Shown here in pieces: positions 13,485 to 26,454 of a DNA stretch of 64,000 nucleotides. Under the pieces are notes generated by a model, which saw only the letters and a list, made by a program, of their open reading frames with translations, made no database searches and was not told where the DNA came from. This stretch comes from Schmidtea polychroa. Lineage: Eukaryota. The stretch covers positions 26,910,001 to 26,974,000 of the forward strand of contig CM097885.1 of the NCBI GenBank assembly GCA_044892525.1. Reading direction: 5' to 3'. Position 1 is the first letter of the stretch; each line of letters begins with the position of its first letter. A program made the position numbers and the translations under genes.

Positions 13485-16400
13485 CTATATTTTGTTTATT
13501 TGTTCAATGGAGAATGAAACATTGATAACACCTTCACCCCCTGGGATCTGTAAACTTGTGGACTGATTTAAAGTTTTCATGACCTCTTCGTAACTTGGCG
13601 GCAATTCATTAGCAGGTCTTGGTCCGTCTGTCATTGTGTTCATATCTAGCGCTCCATTCTATTTATTAATTTACAAAAAAAACATTCAACATATTTATTT
13701 TTTTATTCAAATATTATTTATTCACTATTTTTTTCAAAAATATTAAAAAATATACAAATGTTGGGATTAATCAAGGGATTAAAATTAATTAAAAATAAAA
13801 TAATGGGAAAATCTATTTTCTTCAGGAAAGGGTTAGGAACAGGTAGCAAGTGAAAATATAAAGACGTATCCAATAATTTTTAATTAATGTAAAGACCAAA
13901 GAAGATATAAATGCAAAAATTCAAACAAATTAATTAATTAAAAATAAATATTTAATAAATATTTAAATATTTAATCAATTAATTAATTTGAAAAAATTTA
14001 TTATTAATAATTTATTTATTTTTAAGTGTGCAAAATTCAAAAAATAACTTTTCTAAATAAAAATATTTCCATGACAATAAATTCGGAAGAGAAGCTATTG
14101 GGCGAGTCGTCCGGAAAATTAAATAGGTTTCCATGGAGACGTAGGAGGAATTAAGACAATAAAATTTGACAAGCGAAATAGAAGACGATCAACGCAAAAA
14201 AATTATTTAATATTGTTAAATTTTCATGTAATGATTAATGTAACAAAATTAAGATGAATATAGGAAATGAAATAATTAGCGTTTCCATAAAAAATATCCC
14301 TCCCCTAATATAAATCCTAAAATATATGATTAAGCCTTTGTAGGAAATAATTTCTAATTAAATTAATTCTCCTATGAATTCAATTTTTGCGGATGTGATT
14401 CATAATGTTCTTCATGGATATCTTAACATTTTAAGGAAACCTCAAAGACAAATTAAAAACTTGTGTTGAGTTTCTTATTCTGATCAAGGACACGAAGCAT
14501 TGGATTATAAGCTCTGTCATATTGAATATTAATATTAACTCAACAAAAGCTTGGATATTTTTCAAAAAAATTGGAAGTCTTGAGTTTTTAATTAGATAAT
14601 TATTAACGTCGATGTTTCTGACTCTACGTGTTCTGTAAAAACAATTGGATAAAGAAAACTCAATGTATATTTTTATTCAAATTTGTATAATCTGCAATTT
14701 ACAAAACTCCAAATATCGCAATAAAATGCCTATTCTGACTATTCAGTCAGTCTCGTTGTAACCGCTTTGATTCTGCACGTTCACTCTTTTCTTTACTCCT
14801 TTGACTTAACTTGATTCTTTTACTTTCCTTTCCGCTAATTCTATCTTCTGACTTTAATTTTTCCTTTAATCCTACTGTTGAATTCTTATTCCCTACCTAA
14901 GGCAAAATGTCGATTGTTTCTGAATGTCAGGTCCCTTATATAGTTGAAATAATCGCATTGATTAATGGTACTTCAACTAGATCGTCTCCCTTTGACAAGC
15001 TTTGTCTTGAGGCCTTTTTCATCTTTTCTCCTTCGAAAAAAATAATTAATTGTCTCATCATGCATCTCACTTGTGATAATCTTTTTCCCGCTTCCTCATT
15101 ACTCATGTTGTCATGGTAATGGCTTTCCAGATTTCACTTTGTTTACTTTTCTTTCTGTTTACTTAACTCGGGGTTTCCTTAATTAATTAATTAATTAATT
15201 AACGATTTCCTGTTTTTCGACCCTTCCTGAACATATTCGAATCAATCCGTACTCGCCATAATCTTTCCCATCGTCTCATTTACACCTGACCGGTTTTTCA
15301 AATTTTAATTCGATGATTTCTTGATTTTGAATTTTCAATATTCCTTTTTTTAATTATTTATAAATTTTAAATTTTAGAACCCCAGCAGAAGGTTATATCT
15401 AGGAATTACAAAATTATCGCATTTTCCCATTACCAATAAAAGTGAAATACTTTGTCTCATTGGAAATTTTTTTATTAAAGAGTTAATATTTATTATATCG
15501 ACCTTATTATTAATAGATTTCTACAAATAGTGTCACTGCGCCAAATAGTATCACTGCGTCAAATAGTATCACTGTGTCAAATAGTATCACTACGCCAAAT
15601 AGTATCACTACGCCAAATAGTATCACTGCGTCAAATAGTATCACTGTATAATGGATTTTGGCAAAATGGAATGTTTTTAGTGATACTATTTAAATAGTAT
15701 TACTATCCAAATGGATTCAAATACTCTAAATAGTATTTTAAAATTTTTTTATTCATTAATGATACTATGTGTTTAATAATATCAGTGATATTATTTAGAG
15801 GAATCCGCTAGTTACATCGACATTATTACTAGTTATATCGACATCTAATATATAATTGTGGATGTGTGTGTCTGTCTCTGTTCGCTATACAAATCCAAAC
15901 TTTTAAAGATGTCTCAACCAAATTTTGCACAGCTTCCTTTTTTGTCCAGGCCAAGATTATAGGCTACTTTTTACCCAAAATATTTGACCCCATGGGGTAC
16001 CTCATTTATCAATATTGTTTTCTAGTTACTGAGCAAAATACCAGTAAACAGAATAATTAAGAAAATTATCAGGAACCAAAAGTGTTTCTCGGGGTGAGTT
16101 TGAATAACAAAATGTTCAGGCTTTTTTGACAGCATCCAACCCGAACCAGTTAAGTTACAACCCGATAAAACGGGGCAGAGGGGTGGGTTTGCATAACAAA
16201 ATTTTAATTTCAGTGGAATAGAATTGCAAGGGGACGAGGGGAACATCACTTTCGAAACTATGCCTGGCTGTGTTAGAGAGTCATTCTAACACCAAAGAAT
16301 TAGAGGGTCAATGATATCAATGCTCAGATTCAAAACCAACTTCCAGGCAAGGCCAGAGTCTACAAGTCAATTGATACAGTTACCAAAGAAGCTCACGCTG

Positions 16401-17574
16401 TATTCTATTCAACAGAGTTCCTCAATTCATTGGAACCTCCTGACCTGGTCTACCTTCTCGCAACTTGATTCTTAGATTGGGGGGTACAGATTTTGGTTCT
16501 TCAAGATTTGGATCTACCAAAGTTGTGCAATGGAGCTCGGCTCCCCATTAAAAATTTGTTTCAGAACATTATAGAGGCGACCATTCTGACTGGTTGTGCA
16601 AGAATAGAAGATTTGTTCATTCCAAGGATCCAACATATACCAACTGATATGACTTTTGACTCTTGATGGCTCCAGTTCCCAGTTCGCCTTGCTTTTGCCA
16701 TGTCCATCAACAAAGCCCAGGGACAGTCACTGAAAGTTGCAGGAATTAATCTGGAGAAGCTGTGTTTTTTTACATGGTCAACTTTATGTTGCTTGGTCCA
16801 AAGTTGTTTCAGCCAATAACCTCTTCATCTTTGCATCACATGACAGAACAAAAAAGCACTTTATTAAAATGTCAGGTTCATAATATCATTTTAAAATGTA
16901 ATATTATGCTTCTTTTGTATTTTTGAAAGGTTTATACCATGTGATATATGTTGAAAATAAATAATTACTTTTGGAAAATAATATGCATTTTACTGAAAGA
17001 AACCAATTTTAGAAAACAAATTATATTGACCCGGGCAGTGACGGGTACCCCAGCTAGTTATTACTAATTATATCGACATTATTACTAGTTATATCGACAT
17101 CATTAAAAAATAATGTAACCCGAGTTATTGCGGAAATGAATGACGACGTTAATTGAAATTAGGAAAATTTCTAATATAATTTGATGTAATATTTAGATAT
17201 GGATTTCTAAGCTTATTTTACTGATTACATTTTCAGTTGATCACCTATAGTCATTATGAAAATAAATGAAATGTGTAAAGAAAACAGATCAATAGTGAAC
17301 AAAAAAGAAATATTTATAATGTTGATATAATCCGGAATAGCATTGTAAAATATTATATTCAAATTCTGCAATATTTTGTCAGATTTTGTGTGGATTTCAC
17401 CAGCTGCATTCAATTTAAAACAGATTTTATAAAGCATTGAAAATTTCTTACTCGAAGATAGTAAAGCTTCCTCCATCTAAGACAACCGAAGTATAATATT
17501 GAGAACAACAAAATCACCAAAATGAGAATTGCAATAAAAATCCAAACTAAATTTATGGTTTGAAAGGATTCCAT
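13485..17574 (-). CDS. Putative two-exon single-pass membrane protein with cytoplasmic PPSY motif (exons 17574-17452, 13658-13485; ~98 aa)
   Basis: [46 protein letters not shown] ... [31 protein letters not shown]...; phase-0 join. Intermediate exons cannot be excluded. Confidence 0.55.
15526..15648. repeat. 18-bp minisatellite, ~7 copies
   Basis: Directly adjacent AAATAGTATCACTRYGYC units with no spacers. Confidence 0.9.
15844..17057 (+). mobile_element. Non-autonomous Helitron with PIF1-helicase remnant
   Basis: 5' TC, 3' hairpin CCCG...CGGG then CTAG, inserted between A and T with no TSD. Internal [20 protein letters not shown]...HGQLYVA. Confidence 0.92.
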
Positions 17575-18099
17575 ATTGAAGTGAAAGCAAAAACAGTAAA
17601 ACAAATGATAAACCCTCTAATCGCAATTTAACCACACCCATTTTGTTTTAATATTATAACATTTTTACATTATAGTTGATTTGCCTGTCAAATTACAACG
17701 GCAAACTTTCAAGTTACTCTTCATATTTTTACAAGAATTTTAAAATTTTTATTTCATTTATTTTTAGATTATCAATCAATATTTTGTTTTATAATTAACA
17801 CGAATTTTTGACGAATCAAAGATATCACCAAATATAAATTCTAGTCAAAAGTTCCTAAGATTTCGGAAATAAAAGGCGTTCTGAATAATATTGAGTTTCC
17901 AAAGAGTATAAGAATAATTGAAGTATTTGAAATATATTTATTAACTAATACAGTATAGTTTTGAAGGTTGGAATCTGAATTAAGATTTGTTTCGTATTTG
18001 TTCCATTTCTGGTACTAAGATTGGCAAAAGCAGACAAGCGACGATAATCGATATAAGTCTTTCTAATTTCAAACTGCAAATGCGAACTGATATTTCCAT

Positions 18100-18791
<692 letters not shown>

Positions 18792-20501
18792 TGAATTTGG
18801 TGTTTTTCGTTATATTTAAATCAATACCATTATTTAATGACTGTTATGTTTTCAAAATTCAGATAATTCCATTGAAAGAATGGCAACTTTTAAGATAAAA
18901 TTTCATAAATCCTTAGCTCCATACAACGAAACTCATAAGATTACCAGCTAAAAGTAAACATTCTAAAATAACAGATTTTTGAAAAATGAAACAGCTTAGA
19001 AATCTCAAAGATAATTACATTTTATTTGACTGAAATTTATATTCTTTCACATATAGATTAGGATATTAGTGATCTGGATCTAGACTCGACCTTACAACAC
19101 CGAAATTCCAACAACAATCACAATCTAAAGTCCTCTATATTTATTACAATTAGAATTTAGGATCACTCACCTGCAGTTTGTCATTTAGGATCATTAATGT
19201 CTAGCTGCATCCAAAAAAGAGCGTTCTCAGACATTGAATCTATTTTATTGCAATTAACTATTGCACTTAAACTTGTAAAAATACGATTTCCTTCCATTAA
19301 ATTCTCATCTTCCATCTACAAAGGGCTCTTCACCAAAATCCCATTATTGTCCTGTGCTTTTCCCGAGACATGAATTGGCTTTTGAAATAAGGTCACCACT
19401 CAACTGTTCTTTTGAAAAGTAAACAAAATGCTTGATAACATAAGATGTAGAAACAATAACAATCTTCTAGATCTACTCGAGTACTGATACTTCATATGAT
19501 TCACAATTTTCACAAAAAACAAAAAGAAATGAAAAATTTTTTTCATTATTCTCATCTCATTTCTCGACTCCGATTAATCAATACTACCACCCCCTATGAT
19601 TTTAATAAATCTGCTAATTTTCGATGAGGATTTATTATTTCAGAGCAGTGTTCTCAATCCGAGACCCTCAAGGTGATTTGGAGTAGCCCGTCAGAAAAGT
19701 TACTGAAAAAACCGTTTGTTTAATTTTTCATGGAATTTTTATTCAGAATGGCAGGTGGTAAACCTATGTGTTTGCTATCCCAGATTAATGTTTCTGTTCT
19801 TAAAAAGCCAAATCTTTAAAAGAAACTACACAACAATGCATAGCGACTTTGATAAAAACTATAAAGTTTTTTATAAAGTCAGACAAGATAAAGTTATTTC
19901 TTTAAAGATGATTCTTCAAGGGCAACTAAATCTTTTACAGTATCATTTAAATACAAGTCATCGTGTTACAGAAGCGGCGATGAATGTTTGCAAAAAACAA
20001 AAACGTATTCAGACGGTGAAACGGTAAAATTCTGTTTCAAGAATGTGCAGATTCTTTGTTTGCTGAGATTAAGAATAACAATGAAATCAAAAAGCAGATA
20101 TCAGATCTTCAGTTATCTCACCAAACTTTATTAAAACGAATTGAACTTATATCTAGTGGTGGGTTACTGGTGGTTGAATGTTTAAGTGCTGTTACCAGCG
20201 TAACCCAGAATACAACATTGTTTCCCTCTTGGTACCCGTTGAGCAATCAACGTTGGTACTGTACCAAGGGGTTGAGTACTCCCAAAAAGTGAGCGCGTCA
20301 AGCACTATAGTTGTCGAGCACTCTATGGGTTCACGGACGCCGATAGAAGGCACGTGTCCGATTTGTTTCGGTCCCTCATCGAGATTGTTTCCCCAAACGC
20401 CTTTTTACCAATCATCTTGTTTTGGACAACAGCAAAGTTCAATCTCATACTCATTAGATAACGGATCATTTATTTAATCACTACTAAATGACAAGGTTCG
20501 T

Positions 20502-21008
20502 TTACGCACTCTCGAACGTCTCCCAGGATTGTGGATTGGCTTCCATTTCTTTCAATTTCTCCTGTTCGGTTAGCCAGGCCCGCTTCAATTTGTCCCGGGT
20601 GTTCCGCCCTAGCCGTTTGCGTTTCGGCTTGCTTGCCTGGGCTGGTGGGTATATCTGGGCCAACTCCACGGAAAGTGGACGAATCTGCTCGCAAAGGGTG
20701 TCCTGGACAAACCTTTCGTTCAATTTACTCTCGAGCGAGCGCACTTGTAGCTTCAGCGCTCGGATCTCGAGTTGATCTTGCTCCGCCTGGGTCTGGAGTT
20801 GTGAGATGCGCGTAGTTTGTTTTTTCATGTCGGCCGGACTGAACCACGTGCTTTCGAGTTCTCGGCACTTGATCTTGAGTTTCTCGACCCGACTTCGAAG
20901 TTCTTCGGCTTGATGTTGGGCCTGTTCACGGTCCTTTCGTAGGTTTTCGAGGAATTTGTACACTAAATGGAGGAAAAATGAAGCTCTACAACTGGTCTCC
21001 ATATGCAT
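20502..21008 (-). CDS. GC-rich orphan ORF, coiled-coil-like, inside the 5.8-kb insertion (possibly a spliced exon)
   Basis: 168-aa ORF with E/K/R/Q/L heptad-like composition; GC content far above the flanks. Confidence 0.5.
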   Translation of the reverse strand: MHMETSCRASFFLHLVYKFLENLRKDREQAQHQAEELRSRVEKLKIKCRELESTWFSPADMKKQTTRISQLQTQAEQDQLEIRALKLQVRSLESKLNERFVQDTLCEQIRPLSVELAQIYPPAQASKPKRKRLGRNTRDKLKRAWLTEQEKLKEMEANPQSWETFESA

Positions 21009-21285
21009 AAAAGCGATACAAATAACTATATAGAATTAACAGACGAAGGATAGGGAGGGTCATCCTGTCCCTGGGGGTACCCCTTACGCAATATGACTTA
21101 TATGCAATGTCCAAAAGATGAGCTATAATACGACAAATGTGCACGCCGAACAATCACATAAATGTTTTAATAATAAAACAAATTTTACAAATTGTCCTAA
21201 TTACTACAAGAACAAAACAAAAAAAAATATCCGGCACAACATAATATCACTAATTATATCACTCCGCATTGTCACTCCCGGTGAG

Positions 21286-21654
21286 CTAGACCGGGTTCTT
21301 GCGGGGCCTCCCTCGTTTTCGTGGAGGGGCAACTGCCCCCTCCAGCTCCTCTGGGGTTTTCCCTTCTGCTTCGGCTCTGATCTGGAGTTCTATCCTCCTC
21401 AGCCGCATCTGGGCTGCTTCCAACTCGATCGATGCCCGATCGCGGGCCTCCTGCAACAAGTCATTGTCCGGTTCCACCTTCACCCATACCTGGGCATCGG
21501 GCTCTGGGCCGGTCCGGATAATCCGATTGGAACAGTCCAGGTCCCGCCCCTGACACCATCGATGAATATGGTGCCAGATGTACCGCGTGCGAAGGCGGGT
21601 GATTGTCCATTGTTCGTCCTCTTCGCTGCTGAGGTTATCGTTTGGTGGTGCCAT
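21286..21654 (-). CDS. GC-rich orphan ORF ending in an AT-hook
   Basis: 122 aa, C-terminal PPRKRGRPRKNPV; ATG directly after a CCAG acceptor-like site. Confidence 0.55.
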   Translation of the reverse strand: MAPPNDNLSSEEDEQWTITRLRTRYIWHHIHRWCQGRDLDCSNRIIRTGPEPDAQVWVKVEPDNDLLQEARDRASIELEAAQMRLRRIELQIRAEAEGKTPEELEGAVAPPRKRGRPRKNPV

Positions 21655-22044
21655 GCCTGGAATGTAAACGTTAATACCCGTTTAACTCGCGTCACTTATT
21701 AATGGTCGTCATAATAAAATACATCGAATTAACTCACATATCAATGACTAAGTTTATTACGATTGTTATAACTACTTTTATCAAAGAAAAAAAAATAAGT
21801 TTTGTTTATAGGTTTTCCCAATTTAATTTTTAACTACCTAAAATTAAATAACTTTAATAAAAGAAAATTTAAAGTTGGTGTATAGGTTTTACCAATTTAA
21901 TTTTTAACTACTTAAAATTAAATAACTTTTATCCAAATTTAATCATTTACAATTATTATCGTCACCCTGATTTAAGGCCTTTTGTTTTACCACAGTAATC
22001 GTTGTTTAATTAGCGAAAATCATGGCCGTTTTATGAGAATTTAA

Positions 22045-22781
22045 ATGAATTGTCCCCCCGGATCTTTTAAAGGTGATGCAAGTCATTACAGCAGGGTTGT
22101 AGAAACAGGCAATTGGTAATTCTTTGTATAATTTTTAGTTTTTCTTTTAAAATTTTTCAAATACAGGCATCAAGCTAGAGAATCAGAACTTAAAGACTTT
22201 GATTTTAATATCGCCGAACAGAGATCACTTCACTCATCAACATATAAATACTTAGGAGGATGGCCTGATGTAAATTTGTTATTATTTTTAAATATTAAAC
22301 TATGAATTTTAGAAAACATCATTAAGTACTTATCCAGAATTTTGTCAGCAAAAGAAAATTAATCATTTGGGACTTGACAACGAAATGCCGAGGTTTTCTG
22401 TTGAAGCTATTGATAGTCCTCTTTTTGATGCCAATTATAATGATGATGGATTTCCAAGACATCGCTTTGGATTTGATAGACAACAAATGGAAACAACCTA
22501 TGGAGTTGATTATGTTTATCCTTTTCAACATGTCGAAATTAAAATAATATTTTGTCCTTGTCATTCAAGAAAATTTATCGTTAGACCAAAGGTCCAGATT
22601 TAACTAAATCGAATAAAAGGTGTTTGTCTCAATTTTCAGATCCAGGTGAATTTAGCCGTCTAGGAAATAACACATGTGGGATGAATCATGAATGTATGCC
22701 AATTCCCATTTGCAGCGTCAAGAATGTCTTACTGATACGGGCCTTTTGTTCAAGAGTAAAACAAAATTTGTCTTGTTATAA
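22045..22781 (+). pseudogene. CFAP95: CFAP95/C9orf135-like ciliary protein pseudogene, 4 exons (22045-22115, 22167-22269, 22313-~22543, 22585-22781)
   Basis: Spliced translation GSFKGDASHYSRVVETGNWHQARE...LHSSTYKYLG...GFPRH...TTYGVDYVYPF...KRCLSQFSD...RLGNNT-WDES*MYANS matches my recollection of the C9orf135 motifs in order. The last exon has a frameshift and a stop. Confidence 0.75.
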
Positions 22782-23607
22782 CTATTCCATAAAATGGACG
22801 TACAGTCGTATTAAATTTTTGAGTAATAATTTATAAAATGACGAGTAATGGGTGTTTTGATTGAAACATTAATGTTAGGGTAGTAAATTTCAATCATGAT
22901 TTATTTATCGTACTTTTACTTAGGTATTTCATTGACAAGAATGCTGAATTAATTTACACTCTGTCAGTTTGATTTGTACGAATAAGAAATAATAACATGT
23001 CATTTTGTGCTACGATATCAATGTTGTGTAACGGTTTGTAATTGGGTAAATCATAATGTTATTTGAGCTCTTGGCAGCTATTGGGGGTAACGTTGGTAAT
23101 GTGACATGAGCGGGTGGCTGTCAGTTAACGACTACCGTTAGGAGGGTCTGTTCTATTTAACTCCTTTTATAGCCTCTTTCTCCTTGCTATCCAAGCATAT
23201 TGTTATATGAAAACCCTAATTTCTAATTCAAATAACTAAATATATAAATGATTTACAAAATTCTATTATATTTTCTACCTTATATTTTAAACTAGATTCC
23301 ATAATTTATTAAAGTTACACTTCAGGTATTTATAACTTACACATTTAATCAAAGTATAGTTTATAATAAATTATATATTTAAGTGAAAGGGCATAATTCT
23401 ACTTTATAATCTAGGTTTTTATAAATGATACGTTGAGGTATTATGGAATTCTAATTTATAACTCCGACATTTATAAGTTATATTCTTTATATAAAATTTT
23501 AGTTTCTGGTTTAGATATGCGTGTATTTAAGTGGATTATAAAATTCTAGCTCATAATTCAGAACTATTATACATTCACACATTATGTTCTTGGAGATGCA
23601 TCTTGTA

Positions 23608-23757
23608 CTAACCCTAACCCTAACCCTAACCCTAACCCTAACCCTAACCCTAACCCTAACCCTAACCCTAACCCTAACCCTAACCCCTAACCCTAACCCC
23701 TAACCCTAACCCTAACCCTAACCCTAACCCTAACCCTAACCCTAACCCTAACCTAAC
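23608..23757. repeat. Interstitial telomeric array (CCCTAA)~25
   Basis: Direct observation; includes two CCCCTAA variants. Confidence 0.97.
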
Positions 23758-26148
23758 GTTTATGGATTGTAAATAAGGTTATTTTTTATCATTACGTAAT
23801 AATACATTGCATTTTTAAGGCTAATACAAAAAGTATATATTATAATTCAATATTCATAGCTTACGCTTTAGGTATAATATAACGGTATATTTACCCTTTA
23901 GGATTATTATGTCTTTATATGTTATATATTCAATAAGACCTAAAGTTCAGTTTTATTATGAAATACTTACCAGTTATGTTTTCGAGAACAATATAAAGTT
24001 AGATTTCATCATTTAATATTTATAAATTATATTTTTAAGTGCGATATCAAATTACTTTTTATACTTTAGGAGTATTACATAGTTATACATTATATTTTTA
24101 AGTTCGATATAAAATTATTTTCTATTCTGTAGGAGTATTACATATTTATACATTATATTTTTAAGTTTGATATAAAATTATTTTCTATTCTGTAGGAGTA
24201 TTACATATTTACAAATTACAATATCAAATTATTTTATAATTTTAGAGATAGTACATATTTATGAATTATATTTTTAGAAACAATATGAAGTAAAATTTTA
24301 CAAATTAGGATTTTACACATTCATCAATTATACGATATAAACTTATATTGATAATTTAGAGGTATTACATATTTATCAAATATAATTCTAAGTACAGTAG
24401 TAAGTTATAGTTTACCCTTTAGGAATTCTAAGTATTTAGCGATTCTAACATATTTCTATAGTTTAGGAATATATATATTTATAGACTGATGTTTAAGTGT
24501 AACAGGAGAGTATATAGTTCATTTTACGATTCACGCTTGTCGAACTTCTTTGTGAGCATTATTACGGTTAATTTCGAGAAAGATATTTACACTGATACGA
24601 AAAATTATTTCTCAATGAGGTTCGATAAACGTGTAAGTGGAGAGGTCTTAACCGACTACATTAGCTGAATTGTAATTGCTGTGTTCAATTTGGGTCTGAG
24701 ATCTACTCGATTAGAATTCTAGTGTAATTTAGTGTATAGAATTTTTAGTGGTGATTTTAATTGTGTAATGCATTCATAGTCGGGAAGAATGCTTGCTTAC
24801 ACGGCCCCACTGTGACCGCTACGACAAGCCCTACTGTTGTGTTGAGTCGAAACATCACTGTCGACCGATAAATAAAGTATATGGAGCCATAGCGGAGGGG
24901 TTTTATCGACACAACTCCATGGTAGAACCATGAAGTGGCCGACCTCCGATGACCAAACAAAAAAAAATATATAAGGTATATTGCATGTCTGCATGTGCTA
25001 TGGATTTTACTAATTGATCGAATGTAGGACTGATCAGAGACGCATATGTATCAATACGCCGCCGATCCTTCTTACATTAGATAAAAATAATAAGCAGGGT
25101 TTGATCTAAGCATAATTAATATTAACAATAACGATCAAAGTTAATTCAAAATAAAATAAATAATATCATTATACATCAAAATTCAAATAACAAATACTCA
25201 CTATCAATGTGATCTTCAAGTTTTCGCAAAAAAGAATTTGGCATAAAAAAGTGATTCTTGCGACTGAAACGTGTCAGTATATATACTTATTTTGTACACG
25301 TGTATGTATTGATGCATTAAAACAAACTCGAATTCTTTTTATTCCAGAATTTTCTATTTTACGATTTTGATATTTTTAATGGCGATTTTTGTGCCATAAT
25401 TTTTGTTTTTATTTTTATTTTTTAATTATTTTTCATTAATTTTACGTCCATGATGAATTTGGAACGGTTCCAGAACATTCTATTTTACTTTTAATTTAAT
25501 TTTTATTTTAACTGATGTTTTTATGAATTTCTTTTTGAGATTTTTTATTTTTTATACTGATTTATTTATTTTCCTTAACTTTTGTTGTTCTAGATGACTT
25601 TTGTGTTGGTCATCGCCATTTTTATAGAATGTTCTGGGTTTTTCTGGAATGTTTTATTGTTTTTATCGTCTTTTAAGTTATTCGAGTTTGCTTTTGGTAC
25701 TTCTATGTTTATTTGGTTATTTTTGAGTTAGTTTTTTGCATCACTTCTTGCTTTTGTATAATTTTATTTAATTTCAGGGTTTAGGTTTTTGTTGTTTTCT
25801 CCTTTAATTACCATGGTTTATTTGGTGTAAGTTTTAATATTTAACTATACTTGGTGCTTTTTTTACTTGCTGTGTACCTACACGTTTCCGTCACAATTAG
25901 TATTTTGGGTCTAGAAATCAGTTCTAGCCCAACACTAGTAATATACTTGAAGTATTGTTTGACTTAAACAATGCACCTGGTTTCAGTATAGCAATGAATG
26001 AGTCATATGATATTTCTCAGACATAAAAACTTATTATTTGGATAAAATACATGTGTAAGATACATTTAAAGAGGAATTGTTGGCACTCTTACCCATGAAA
26101 AATACAACAAGAGGTGAAGATATATACAAAGACCTAAAGCAATGTTTA

Positions 26149-26454
26149 GTTACTTCCGTGTTATCTTACCCCCCAAAAATTAAATTATAAAATACAATTA
26201 AAATAACAATATAAAAAATGAGAGAATACATTATTGATGACGTTATTGAACATGAATTTATTAAGACTATCTGTGATTTATGTGGCACAAACGTGTTCTA
26301 AGCAACAGTGGCGATGTGTTCGACACTATTCTCAATGACATTGTGGTTTTCTGGCCACCTGGATGAGTTTGTAACTGTGATTTAGAAAATAAATATAATA
26401 ATTATGTGTTCTTTTTTAATTTAATTTTTGGGGGTAAGATAACACGGAAGTACC
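26149..26454. mobile_element. 306-bp MITE with 9-bp TSD (Merlin- or Mutator-like)
   Basis: TIR TACTTCCGTGTTATCTTACCCCC...AAAAATTAAATT; flanking duplication CAATGTTTA. Confidence 0.85.

Larger units (their letters stand above)
20157..25934. mobile_element. 5,778-bp TG...CA insertion with 4-bp TSD (CTAG): giant solo LTR or non-autonomous cargo element
   Basis: CTAG|TGGTGGGTTA ... TAGCCCAACA|CTAG with short imperfect inverted termini. Removing it restores the hAT transposase frame. Confidence 0.8.

Noticed and set aside
15526..15648. CRISPR-like regular repeats
   Set aside because: Units are adjacent with no unique spacers, no cas genes, eukaryotic context.
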